Source: a virus
Lineage: Duplodnaviria; Caudoviricetes
IMG/VR virus record: IMGVR_UViG_3300025853_000286
Coordinates: 1-35,940 of that record
Direction: 5' to 3' (one strand)
Length of the DNA stretch: 35,940 nucleotides
Shown: positions 1 through 8,900 of the stretch, piece after piece
Numbering within the stretch: position 1 is the stretch's first letter
Layout: each line of letters opens with the position of its first letter
Notes under the pieces: model-generated
What the model was told of the DNA's origin: nothing
Seen by the model: the letters and a program-made list of their open reading frames with translations, nothing else
Database searches by the model: none
Made by a program: the position numbers and the translations under genes

Positions 1-308
1 TCACTCCAACTTAATCTTTCTGGTCTATACCTTTGTGCGCTTTTAATTTTTGATGGTGAATAACTTCCTGGATAAATGTTCTGAATAATTGCTCCAGGAT
101 ATTGACTTAGAAGATGCTCGGCAAGTTCACTCTTGCTCATCATCGGACCATCAACTTCAAGGCGGTAGATTTTACCTTCCCAAACAATATCAGCAGAGAA
201 TGATTCTTCCTGCTGTTGCTCTGGTTGGGAACCACCTACGTTTAGAGTTCCGTTGAAATCACCATTGATGGTGATACTTTCTTTTAAAAATTGTTGAAAA
301 CTTTTCAT
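1..308 (-). CDS. Hypothetical protein, probable capsid-internal protein (3' end truncated by the window edge)
   Basis: Not in the ORF track. Hand translation from the ATG at 308, which overlaps the upstream TGA (TGATG), gives MKSFQQFLKESITINGDFNGTLNVGG...RYRPERLSWS, open to the edge. The N-terminus resembles the T4 capsid-targeting sequence MKTYQEFIAE. Confidence 0.75.
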   Translation of the reverse strand, partial: MKSFQQFLKESITINGDFNGTLNVGGSQPEQQQEESFSADIVWEGKIYRLEVDGPMMSKSELAEHLLSQYPGAIIQNIYPGSYSPSKIKSAQRYRPERLSWS

Positions 309-1651
309 CAGCATCTCCAGCGTTTACGTGCTTTACAAATTGCTTTATCTGGGGTCTTGGAGCAATCGATGTTGTGCATCTTTCTCTGACCGTTGGAGCG
401 AGCGCAGAAGGACTTACGTCTTTTTGCTCTCTTACCACCAGGGTTCTTCTCAGTTACAGCAGTCTTAAGTTTAGAACCTGGGTTCTCACGCTTGTAAGCA
501 TTAACTGCTTTCTGACTCATACCGTCAGTCTTATCACCTTTATTGACTTTTTGCCAATCTTCACCAAGGTCTTGTCTCCAATTAGAAAACTCTTCAAATC
601 TTGCTTTAGTCTTTATTCTTTTTTTACCAGATGGTGATGGGATGAATTCACCCATTTCCGATGCTTTCATATCATCAGTATCTACATCACCATCAACATC
701 GGCATCAATTCGCTTTACTGCTTTTCCTACAAGTTTTTTAAGATTACCGCCACCTATATTATGTTCTTTTTCTTCATTTGCTTTTACGCAACGATTATAT
801 GTTTTACCAAATAATTTTTGTGTTCCTGCTTTCTTATAACCTTTCCAGCACTTTTTACCTGCTTCATCAATTACTGATTGTGATGGTTGAAGAGGTTCTG
901 GTTTAATTAAATCAATGGTTTCAAATTCTAATGCTTTAAAATCATCTCTCCAATTATAAAAATCATACGATTCATTTTTAGATTTATTACCCCAATTTTT
1001 AGCACCAACTTTGCGACATTTAACTAATGCGCCAGAAGCATATGCTGAAGGCCAAACAGAATACCGAGACTTAACCTTGTGGTAACAGGCATCCTTTTCA
1101 CCTTTCTTTTCTGCCATAACTTCCTCGGTTTTTACGTTAATTGCCTTACCTTTTCTATCAGGATTTGGATCTTGACGTTGCTTGCGGCGAAATGCTGCCT
1201 TTTCCTCATCCTTATCAAGATTTCTCTTCATTTTTGAAGAACCGCATTTTGGTTTAGTGGTTTGACCTGGTTGGCGGGCACATGGCTTTCCTGCATATTT
1301 GCCACCCAACTGAACCCAACCAGGGGTGCCATCAGAAGAGCGACTCTTGCTAAACCAGTCACGCAAAGAACTATCACCACTTTTTGATTCATTCACATCT
1401 TCCTCAGTTATAGTTCCTTCCAAACATTGGCATGGATCACAAGCACAAATTGGGCAAGTCTCCTCATTGGTTACATAATCTGCAGCGGTGTCAATGTAAT
1501 CTGCTGCCTTTGTAATCTTAGATTGAACCCATGCTTTGAGCTGCCCTTCACCTTTCTTACCCATCTTTTTTTGAAGACGTTTGGCTGCATTAGTAACAGT
1601 CTTTAACTGCGACCTAGCCATAGAGTATTCGTGATCTTTTCCTTCACTCAT
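308..1651 (-). CDS. Modular Lys/Arg/Cys-rich hypothetical protein, probable internal head polyprotein
   Basis: 447-aa ORF directly downstream of gp16. Small basic modules (AWVQSKIT, WPSAYASGALVKCRK, CWKGY, RRKSFCAR) are separated by Glu-rich linkers. Confidence 0.7.
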   Translation of the reverse strand: MSEGKDHEYSMARSQLKTVTNAAKRLQKKMGKKGEGQLKAWVQSKITKAADYIDTAADYVTNEETCPICACDPCQCLEGTITEEDVNESKSGDSSLRDWFSKSRSSDGTPGWVQLGGKYAGKPCARQPGQTTKPKCGSSKMKRNLDKDEEKAAFRRKQRQDPNPDRKGKAINVKTEEVMAEKKGEKDACYHKVKSRYSVWPSAYASGALVKCRKVGAKNWGNKSKNESYDFYNWRDDFKALEFETIDLIKPEPLQPSQSVIDEAGKKCWKGYKKAGTQKLFGKTYNRCVKANEEKEHNIGGGNLKKLVGKAVKRIDADVDGDVDTDDMKASEMGEFIPSPSGKKRIKTKARFEEFSNWRQDLGEDWQKVNKGDKTDGMSQKAVNAYKRENPGSKLKTAVTEKNPGGKRAKRRKSFCARSNGQRKMHNIDCSKTPDKAICKARKRWRC

Positions 1652-1670
1652 GTTTCTAACTTACAGTTTA

Positions 1671-2135
1671 TTAACTGACGGAATCTGACTTATTATTATT
1701 TAGGAATCCTTGTTTTAACATTTTTTGTAATTCTGAAGTGGAACCAACAAAAACAGCATTGTTTGTAACATTATTTGTTGTCTTTACAGTTTCATCTTCA
1801 ACATCTTTTAGTTTTTTCTGCAGATCTATCAATTTATCAGTTGTATCGGCAACACTCTTTATTAATTGACCAGCAACTTCATATGCTCTAGGGCTAGATC
1901 CTTCTTCAGCAACTTCCATTATTCCATTAATAGCTTCTTGCCCTTTTTCTATTAATGAGTATAAATTGGCACGTGTATATTCATAATCCTTCTGTACATC
2001 ATTTTTAGATTCTTTTTTATTAGACTCTACAATTTCAGTAACTTCGGATTTTTCAATTGAAGTATTATCAATAGATTCTGAAGAAATATTTAAAGCATTA
2101 TTTAACTTTTCATAATTATCTTTCATATTACTCAA
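1671..2135 (-). CDS. gp16: Terminase small subunit (T4 gp16-like)
   Basis: Motifs DYEYTRANLYSLIEKG, SPRAYEVAGQLIK and NNAVFVGSTSELQKML; position directly after gp15. Confidence 0.92.
   Translation of the reverse strand: MSNMKDNYEKLNNALNISSESIDNTSIEKSEVTEIVESNKKESKNDVQKDYEYTRANLYSLIEKGQEAINGIMEVAEEGSSPRAYEVAGQLIKSVADTTDKLIDLQKKLKDVEDETVKTTNNVTNNAVFVGSTSELQKMLKQGFLNNNKSDSVS
1697..1703 (-). promoter_or_regulatory. Possible late promoter variant (CTAAATA)
   Basis: CTAAATA lies inside the 3' end of gp16, about 45 nt upstream of the next ATG. It is a near-consensus T4-type late box. Confidence 0.4.
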
Positions 2136-2929
2136 ATATCAACTTTCTGTGTTGGACTAAACTCTTTGGAATTATCAAATGATTCCCATCCACCATCAAA
2201 TCCAAAATCATCATCTGGACCAGCATTTATTGGATCTGGTGTAACCGTATATCTCATTTCACGTTTTGCTGATGAAACATCGGTTGAAGAATGAGTATCG
2301 ACTTGAACTTTGCGGATAAGACCATCGCTGGTTTCAGGAACAGGACCGAAGAGATATGTTTTTGCGGTAAATTGTAGTGTATATATTAAAGCTCTTCTTG
2401 TAGAAAAATCTCCTTCATAGTCATCTTGGAATGAAACTCCACCTAAAACTATTGGTACATCTCTTTTCTCACCAATAGAATCAACCAAATCAAGTGTCAT
2501 GGTAAATGATGGTTGGAACATTGGCAATATTTGTTCAACTATTTGTAAAGCATCATCATTTAATTTTGAAAAAATATTTAGTTCAAATCCGACATTATAA
2601 GGTACAGGCATGAAAACTTTTTTCAAATTGTTGCCATCACTTGCTTTAAAAGATTGTACCAAACTAGTTTTTCTAGTACCATCATATTGAAGAGAATTCA
2701 TTTCAAATGACATTCTCGGTAAAGTAATTTGAACTGGTTTATTTAAATCACCTTGCTGGTCTAATCTTGCTAAAAACTTTTGTGAAGGACCATAAGACAA
2801 TGGAACTCTCATTTCACTGTAGGTATCTCCATCAGCATCTTTATGTTTTATTTCAATTGAATTGAATAATGTACCGAACGAAACTATAGTTTTCCTTATA
2901 ATTTCGTGATAGTAATAAGTTCCTAACAT
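2132..2929 (-). CDS. gp15: Tail sheath stabiliser/terminator (T4 gp15-like)
   Basis: Motifs YYHEIIRKTIVSFGTLFN, VPLSYGP, LPRMSFE, QIVEQILPMFQP and YTLQFTAKTYLFGP; gene order gp13-14-15-16. Confidence 0.93.
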   Translation of the reverse strand: MLGTYYYHEIIRKTIVSFGTLFNSIEIKHKDADGDTYSEMRVPLSYGPSQKFLARLDQQGDLNKPVQITLPRMSFEMNSLQYDGTRKTSLVQSFKASDGNNLKKVFMPVPYNVGFELNIFSKLNDDALQIVEQILPMFQPSFTMTLDLVDSIGEKRDVPIVLGGVSFQDDYEGDFSTRRALIYTLQFTAKTYLFGPVPETSDGLIRKVQVDTHSSTDVSSAKREMRYTVTPDPINAGPDDDFGFDGGWESFDNSKEFSPTQKVDI

Positions 2930-4323
2930 TAGTAATTACCGAATGGATTTTTCTCTGTAAAATCAAGAATTTGATCTGCTTCAGTTTCTAGATCTTCATT
3001 TTGTTCATATTTATCTATAAACTCTGAAGAAGAGACTTTTTTGAGTGCATACGTTGCACTGGATGCTGTTCCAACAATAACTTCTCCAAGTATAAATTCA
3101 CCATCAATAACACCTACAGTTAAGATATTTGTATCTTTATCCCACTTTTTAACTCTTGATGTTGTTTGAGATGCTTGTCCTCTAACAGTCTCATTGAAAG
3201 AATATGTTCCAATTCCTGTTATTAATGGTGGATCCGCAATATCTATAGATGGATCTTCAGTGTATCCATAACCAGCATCTCTGATTAATATTTCAGTAAC
3301 GCTATTTCCAGTTCCAATTCTTGATATTGCTGTAGCAGTAACACCAACTCCAGGACCACTGATAGTAACGATTGGATTTGTAGCGTATCCCTCTCCTGCG
3401 GTTGTTATTCCTATAGGTCCTATTCCATAAGATGTAGTTATTATTTCAGCCGTTGCAGCGGCACCAACACCACCATTGGTTGGATGAATTGTCACTGTAG
3501 GTGCTACAGTATATCCAGCTCCTGGATTTGTGAGTAATATCTCTTGTACGGAATATGCATCACCAATATTGGTAGTTATTGCAACAGCTGTCGCATTTAT
3601 TCCACCAGATGGTGCAGTTGAAATTGAAACTGTTGGTATACCATTGTATCCACTTCCATCATTATTTAAAATGATTCTTCTTACATAATTTGTAACAGTT
3701 GATGCAGTTCCAGTTGCAGATGCTCCAAAAGCAAACAATTCCAGAGTTGTAATGTATCCTTGATTCTCCAGTACAGTATCCATCTCCGCTGCAACAGCGG
3801 TAATATCGGAAAATCCTCCAATCTCATCTTCAAACTCAAAGAGTTCACATTTTAATTCATAAACATAATTTTTTCCTAATTGATAAAATGGTTGTTCATG
3901 CTCAACAAATTTTACTTCAAATAATCTTTTACCAAGTGGGAAGTATATAACATCACCTTCTCTAGGTCTTGAAGAAATTGTTATCTCATCTTCATCCATT
4001 CCATCAAGAAATGGGACAACAAAATCTTGAAATCTTTCTTGTGAAATGGTCAACGTTAATTCATCACGCAAACTCATTCCAAACTTTGTCATTATATCAC
4101 CAGCACCACTATATCCATCAAAATTATTAATATATGCTTCTATTGTAAAATTATCATCAAATCTGGAAGTTGTAACTTCGTTTAAAATAGTGTCTCTCCT
4201 TACAAATTTTCTTGGTATGTAAAGAACTTCAACACCATAAATTTTTAGGTGTTCATTTATAATTTCTTGTACTAATCTTTGCTCTCCAGGTGATCCTTGG
4301 AGAAAAAACGGGTTTAGTGCCAT
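2929..4323 (-). CDS. gp14: Neck protein (T4 gp14-like) with a central insertion of GxGY repeats
   Basis: N-terminal LNPFF...YGVEVLYIPR, RPREGDVIYFP, LFEVKFVEHEQPFYQLGK; C-terminal ILDFTEKNPFG. Confidence 0.92.
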   Translation of the reverse strand: MALNPFFLQGSPGEQRLVQEIINEHLKIYGVEVLYIPRKFVRRDTILNEVTTSRFDDNFTIEAYINNFDGYSGAGDIMTKFGMSLRDELTLTISQERFQDFVVPFLDGMDEDEITISSRPREGDVIYFPLGKRLFEVKFVEHEQPFYQLGKNYVYELKCELFEFEDEIGGFSDITAVAAEMDTVLENQGYITTLELFAFGASATGTASTVTNYVRRIILNNDGSGYNGIPTVSISTAPSGGINATAVAITTNIGDAYSVQEILLTNPGAGYTVAPTVTIHPTNGGVGAAATAEIITTSYGIGPIGITTAGEGYATNPIVTISGPGVGVTATAISRIGTGNSVTEILIRDAGYGYTEDPSIDIADPPLITGIGTYSFNETVRGQASQTTSRVKKWDKDTNILTVGVIDGEFILGEVIVGTASSATYALKKVSSSEFIDKYEQNEDLETEADQILDFTEKNPFGNY

Positions 4324-5168
4324 TATCCGATAAAGTCAAGGGGTGGTAATTCATAATCTGTAGACATACTTTGCTTTATATCATCAAGTTCTCTTTGAGC
4401 ATCTTCATAGAGTTCTCTACCATTTAATTCAATTCCACCAGGAAGTTTTACTCCTCTGAATTTAATTAAATTTTGTCCCCATTGTCTTTTAATCAAAGCG
4501 GTGAGATAACGCTTTAAGAAACTATCATTATAAACACTTGTAAAATCTGTAGGATCTAATATTCTATAACAATCTATAACCAGAAAATCTCCAACACCAG
4601 CAGATTTAATATCAAAATCCATATATAATCTATTCTGGCGCTTATTAAATCTAATTTGCTTATCTGGAGTTAACAAATAATCGATATCTTCCAAATAAGA
4701 TTTAACCATAGAATATTGAAGTAAATCAATAGAATTAAAATAATATAAATCGTTTAGAAATAGTTGATACTTAATACTAAACATACCAGATGATATTGTA
4801 CTGGCATTAAATTTAAATATTTTTTCAACCCCAACTACTGAATCGGGAACCTGTAAAAAGTTTGATGATTCGTAAAAATTGAATGTTTTTGCTTCACCGT
4901 TTATGGTAGCAGATGCTGTTGTAGTAGTAATACCTGGACCAACTGGTGGTTTTGATGTTGCTTTTGATCTGTCAATATCATCTTGAGTAAGTTGATATTT
5001 TAAAAACATTCTTTCAACACCATCAAAATGACGTTCATGAAAATATTGTAGAGCATCATCAACTAAATCATCAATTTGATCATCAGCGACATTTATTTCT
5101 AATACAGGAGCACCCAATTGTCGTAAACAATAATCAATCAATTCTTGTCTTGTAGCGGGTTTTGCCAT
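4323..5168 (-). CDS. gp13: Neck protein (T4 gp13-like)
   Basis: Motifs LIDYCLRQLGAPVLEINV, ALQYFHERHFDG and QWGQNLIKFRGVKLPGGIELNG. Confidence 0.94.
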   Translation of the reverse strand: MAKPATRQELIDYCLRQLGAPVLEINVADDQIDDLVDDALQYFHERHFDGVERMFLKYQLTQDDIDRSKATSKPPVGPGITTTTASATINGEAKTFNFYESSNFLQVPDSVVGVEKIFKFNASTISSGMFSIKYQLFLNDLYYFNSIDLLQYSMVKSYLEDIDYLLTPDKQIRFNKRQNRLYMDFDIKSAGVGDFLVIDCYRILDPTDFTSVYNDSFLKRYLTALIKRQWGQNLIKFRGVKLPGGIELNGRELYEDAQRELDDIKQSMSTDYELPPLDFIG

Positions 5169-5179
5169 TGATTTTCTCC

Positions 5180-5518
5180 CTATCTAGTAACACCTTCTCT
5201 AACCAAAACCATTCCCTCAACAACACGTGTTGTTTCTCCGTTATTGGTTAATAGAACATCATATACATATCTTCCAGATTTTAAAGAAGATGTTGAAGAC
5301 GCTGGTAAAGTAAGTCTCAGTTGACCAGTTGATGCATCAACAACAGATGTTGTAAATGTTGTAGAAGTTGCACTACCAGCCCATTTTCGCATTTGAGATT
5401 CTATCGTTGCTGTAGATAGATCTAATGCAGAATTTGAAGCAGCATCTTCAAGAAAAAAGTCTTGAGTAAATGTTGCTCCTGCATTAATAACTAAATTACT
5501 TACGTATATTGATGCCAT
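5180..5518 (-). CDS. Small virion structural protein (BppU-N-like beta-sandwich)
   Basis: Pattern INAGATF...DLS...SQMRK...GQLRLTL...GRYVYDV...RVVEG is typical of phage beta-sandwich structural domains. It has its own upstream late promoter. Confidence 0.6.
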   Translation of the reverse strand: MASIYVSNLVINAGATFTQDFFLEDAASNSALDLSTATIESQMRKWAGSATSTTFTTSVVDASTGQLRLTLPASSTSSLKSGRYVYDVLLTNNGETTRVVEGMVLVREGVTR

Positions 5519-5548
5519 TAGATTAGGTTTATACCAATATCTTAAAAA

Positions 5549-5556
5549 TATTTATA
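5549..5556 (-). promoter_or_regulatory. T4-type late promoter TATAAATA
   Basis: Exact consensus overlapping a TAA stop, about 30 nt upstream of the ATG at 5518. It would drive the neck/terminase genes. Confidence 0.8.
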
Positions 5557-5731
5557 TTGGATTAGAAGGCCATGATGATAAAACTTCTTGCTGTTTTAAA
5601 TACAACTTGGCATAAGATTTTGCAATATCTTTCAATGTATTGATGCAATCACATGATTCTATTTCTGAAGATAATTTGTGATATTCAAACGATTTACTCA
5701 GATTATCGAGTTTTATTTCTTCAGGATTCAT
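5552..5731 (-). CDS. 59-aa helix-loop-helix protein, possibly NblA-like
   Basis: Not in the ORF track. Translation: MNPEEIKLDNLSKSFEYHKLSSEIESCDCINTLKDIAKSYAKLYLKQQEVLSSWPSNPI. The ATG overlaps the upstream TGA (ATGA) and the ORF fills the intergenic gap. The ORF is well supported; the NblA call is tentative. Confidence 0.65.
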   Translation of the reverse strand: MNPEEIKLDNLSKSFEYHKLSSEIESCDCINTLKDIAKSYAKLYLKQQEVLSSWPSNPI

Positions 5732-5919
5732 TTTAAAAACTCCTTTAATAGTGTTTTAATTTCATTTAATTCAGATCTTAATGAATCTAATTCATTTTTT
5801 TCATTTTGCTTTTGCTTTTTCAATTTCATATAGGAGTTATATTCTGAAGTATTATTATTAATAATTGCTCCAGAATTTTCGTCTCTATAAAGATCTTTAT
5901 GTCCTTCTATTGGTATCAT
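5728..5919 (-). CDS. Small hypothetical protein with a C-terminal coiled coil
   Basis: 63 aa with IEGHKDLYRDENSGAIIN followed by heptads (LDSLRSELNEIKTLL). It is coupled to the upstream gene through TAATG. Confidence 0.75.
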   Translation of the reverse strand: MIPIEGHKDLYRDENSGAIINNNTSEYNSYMKLKKQKQNEKNELDSLRSELNEIKTLLKEFLK

Positions 5920-8900
5920 TATGCTAATGCAACTGCTCTAATATCTTTAAATTTCAATGGTGTTGCTTCATTAAATCCACTCATAACAATTTTTATACTA
6001 AATCCAACAAACTCACCCAAATTGTTAGCAGTAAATTCATATTCAGAGTATTCACCTTCAGCAGATGATCCAACAAAGAAATCGGAAGAACCATCATTTA
6101 AGAGAGTATCTATTACAATATCACCCACACCATCTCCATTTACATCTTTTAAATTACTATAACCAGGGAATAATTCATAAGATTGTTCAACACCATTAGA
6201 ATCTGGTCTAATTAGTTTGAATAATACTCTAAAATCACTATTTGGTGAATTGTAGCAATTTGTTAAAACTTTCAATGAAGTTGCTGGTTTTAATAAGTTT
6301 ATTTGGTTGGAAATGTAAACCGATGCATGTGGATCATTTGACAACTCATTTGATCTATTATCAGAAGCGTAATCAGAAATCGGTGAATTTAATCTATTTC
6401 TAATCAGTGAGAATGAAGCACCATTCGCCAAATCAATAACTGGAGAAACATTATTATTTTTACTTGTCATTGATATAGAAAGAATCAATGATTTATATCT
6501 GGGCATTTGTTGTAAATATTCCAGTTCATTCATTCTAGATGCAACTAATCTAGTTGAATCAAAATCATTTTTTGCATTAAGTGCTATTGGTTCCAAACCT
6601 TTGTCATTAAATGAAGTTTCTGTTCCATTAGAGCTAGTTCCAGTAATAGTTCGGATAGAACTATTAATAGAAGTTTTGGGTGGAGTTAAGAAATTGAAAC
6701 TTGGAATAATTGAATTAAATTGATAATTTTGTGTAGATTTACAATTTGATCCACCAAAAGTTTTTCCTTCAACAAAATTTGATACTGTTCTATCTGCACG
6801 TGGATATTCTATGAAGAAGCTATCAGTAGTTTCTAAAGAATTTAAATATTGGGAGGATGATTTTTGATGTTTGGTATTAATTCTAGTTAGTCCTACTCCA
6901 GCACATTCATATTTGTATACCATATCATTAACACCATGGTTTCTTATTGTAGATCCATGAACACCTCTTTGATTAATTTGCAGAGATCCAGAATTAACTT
7001 GATTATATGATATAATTTCGTTATTAATTAGCATATATCCAGTTTGGACTCCAGCAACAGCAACATTATCATATACTACAAATTGCGATGTGTCTGCAAT
7101 TGATACTACAGTTGAATCGGCAGTAATATTTGCAGTTAACTGTGACGGAACTGTATCTGGGAAAACACCACTGATTTTTACATAATTATTTGTTGAATGC
7201 ATACCATGACTATAATTATCAACTTTGAATACATTTCCACTGTATAAATCACTCAAGTTTCTAGGATCTTTAATAACAGATGTTCCAGCCAAAGAAACTA
7301 CATTATCTGCATCATCTAAAACACTTAAACCATAACCAAGTAAAATACTGTTATTTGCATTGATATTTGTCAGAAGTAATGTATCTACTCCATTTATCGA
7401 TGAAACACCAACAATTGCACCACTTCCTGATGGATTTGTTGTTGTTTTTATACCCAGCAAATCACCTACCGAATAACCACTTCCACCATCGATTATAGTA
7501 ACGGAACTTAATTGATTATTTGCAAATGTTAGATTTGCAGTAACGTTATTAACTTCTGGACCAAATCCATTAATAGTATATAACTCAGCATTAGAATAAG
7601 TTCCATTACTATATCCAGCACCGACACTGTTTGTTGTTATACCTGATATTTTTCCACCACTTTGTTCAATAAATCCATGAACATCATTTGATACTGATCC
7701 AAATATAACTTTTCTACCATAATGATAGAATTCTGAATCTAGGTATGATGTTGTAATTCCAATTACTTGTTTTTTGGGGAATGATGTTATAGGATTTGAG
7801 ACTAAATTATCAATATTTGCATCATATTCTTCATTTGAGTTACTATTTGATAGTAATGGATTTGCAAAAAATGCTGTTCCTGATTCTACAAATTGTGCTT
7901 TATATAATCTAAATTTCAAATCTTGTAAAAGAGATGCTGTTGCAATAGCACCATTCTGTGGTTTATATAAATTTCCACCTACAAATTGATTTGAATAAAT
8001 TATCTGTTGAGAATTTGGGAAATTTTGTGTAGCAACTGTGGATTCATTGGATGTAGCAGTCCAAACAGAATATGATGAAGATGATGCTGAAAATAGTGTT
8101 AATGAATATTGCTTATTTGGTTCCAAATAAACTGGGGATCTAAATTTAACATTAGTTGCAACACTACCATCAGTAGATGTAGTTATATTTGCTGGTAAAA
8201 TTTGAGCTACTGAGAAATCTTGTAATATTTTGGCAGTTGGACGACCACCAAGATCAACTTCTCTAATTTCTACAGTTACTTTTTCGGTATCATCTTTTTT
8301 AGAGAAGAATAAATCTAAAGATGTTAAGAATCCACCCTCATTATCAACTTTAAATGTTTGTGAAAGATAACTCTTACCCGTTTCTAATACAGATCTAGTA
8401 GAAACTGGTCTTCTAAGTAAGGATATATTTGAAGATTTTGGATTATCACTTAGATATAATGAACTTTCGCAGAAATAAGATCTTAATGATATTGAAGATG
8501 TTTGAGTGGATGTAGAATCTGTTTGTAGTCTAAATGTTTTATCACTAACATTAAATAATGTTGATGGTGTTAATGTTGTAAATGGATTTCTAACATAGAA
8601 ACAACCTATCAAATCTCCCACATTGTCTGTAATAAGATCTTGAGAAGTTACATCACACTGAGCTCCACTCGTTTTACCAATTATACGCATACCTTCAAAT
8701 ACATATCCGTAAAATCTTCCATCAGCATTATCTGCTAAAGAATAAGTATCAATATTCAATACTGATGTTGATTGAGCATAATCTGTTAATATTTCTGTTG
8801 ATTGGTATGGATTAACTGCATAAGTTTCTGATGGAGCACTGAATAATCCATTTTTATGGTTTGGTTCACATATTCTGGAAGAGAAAACTTTTTTATCTCC

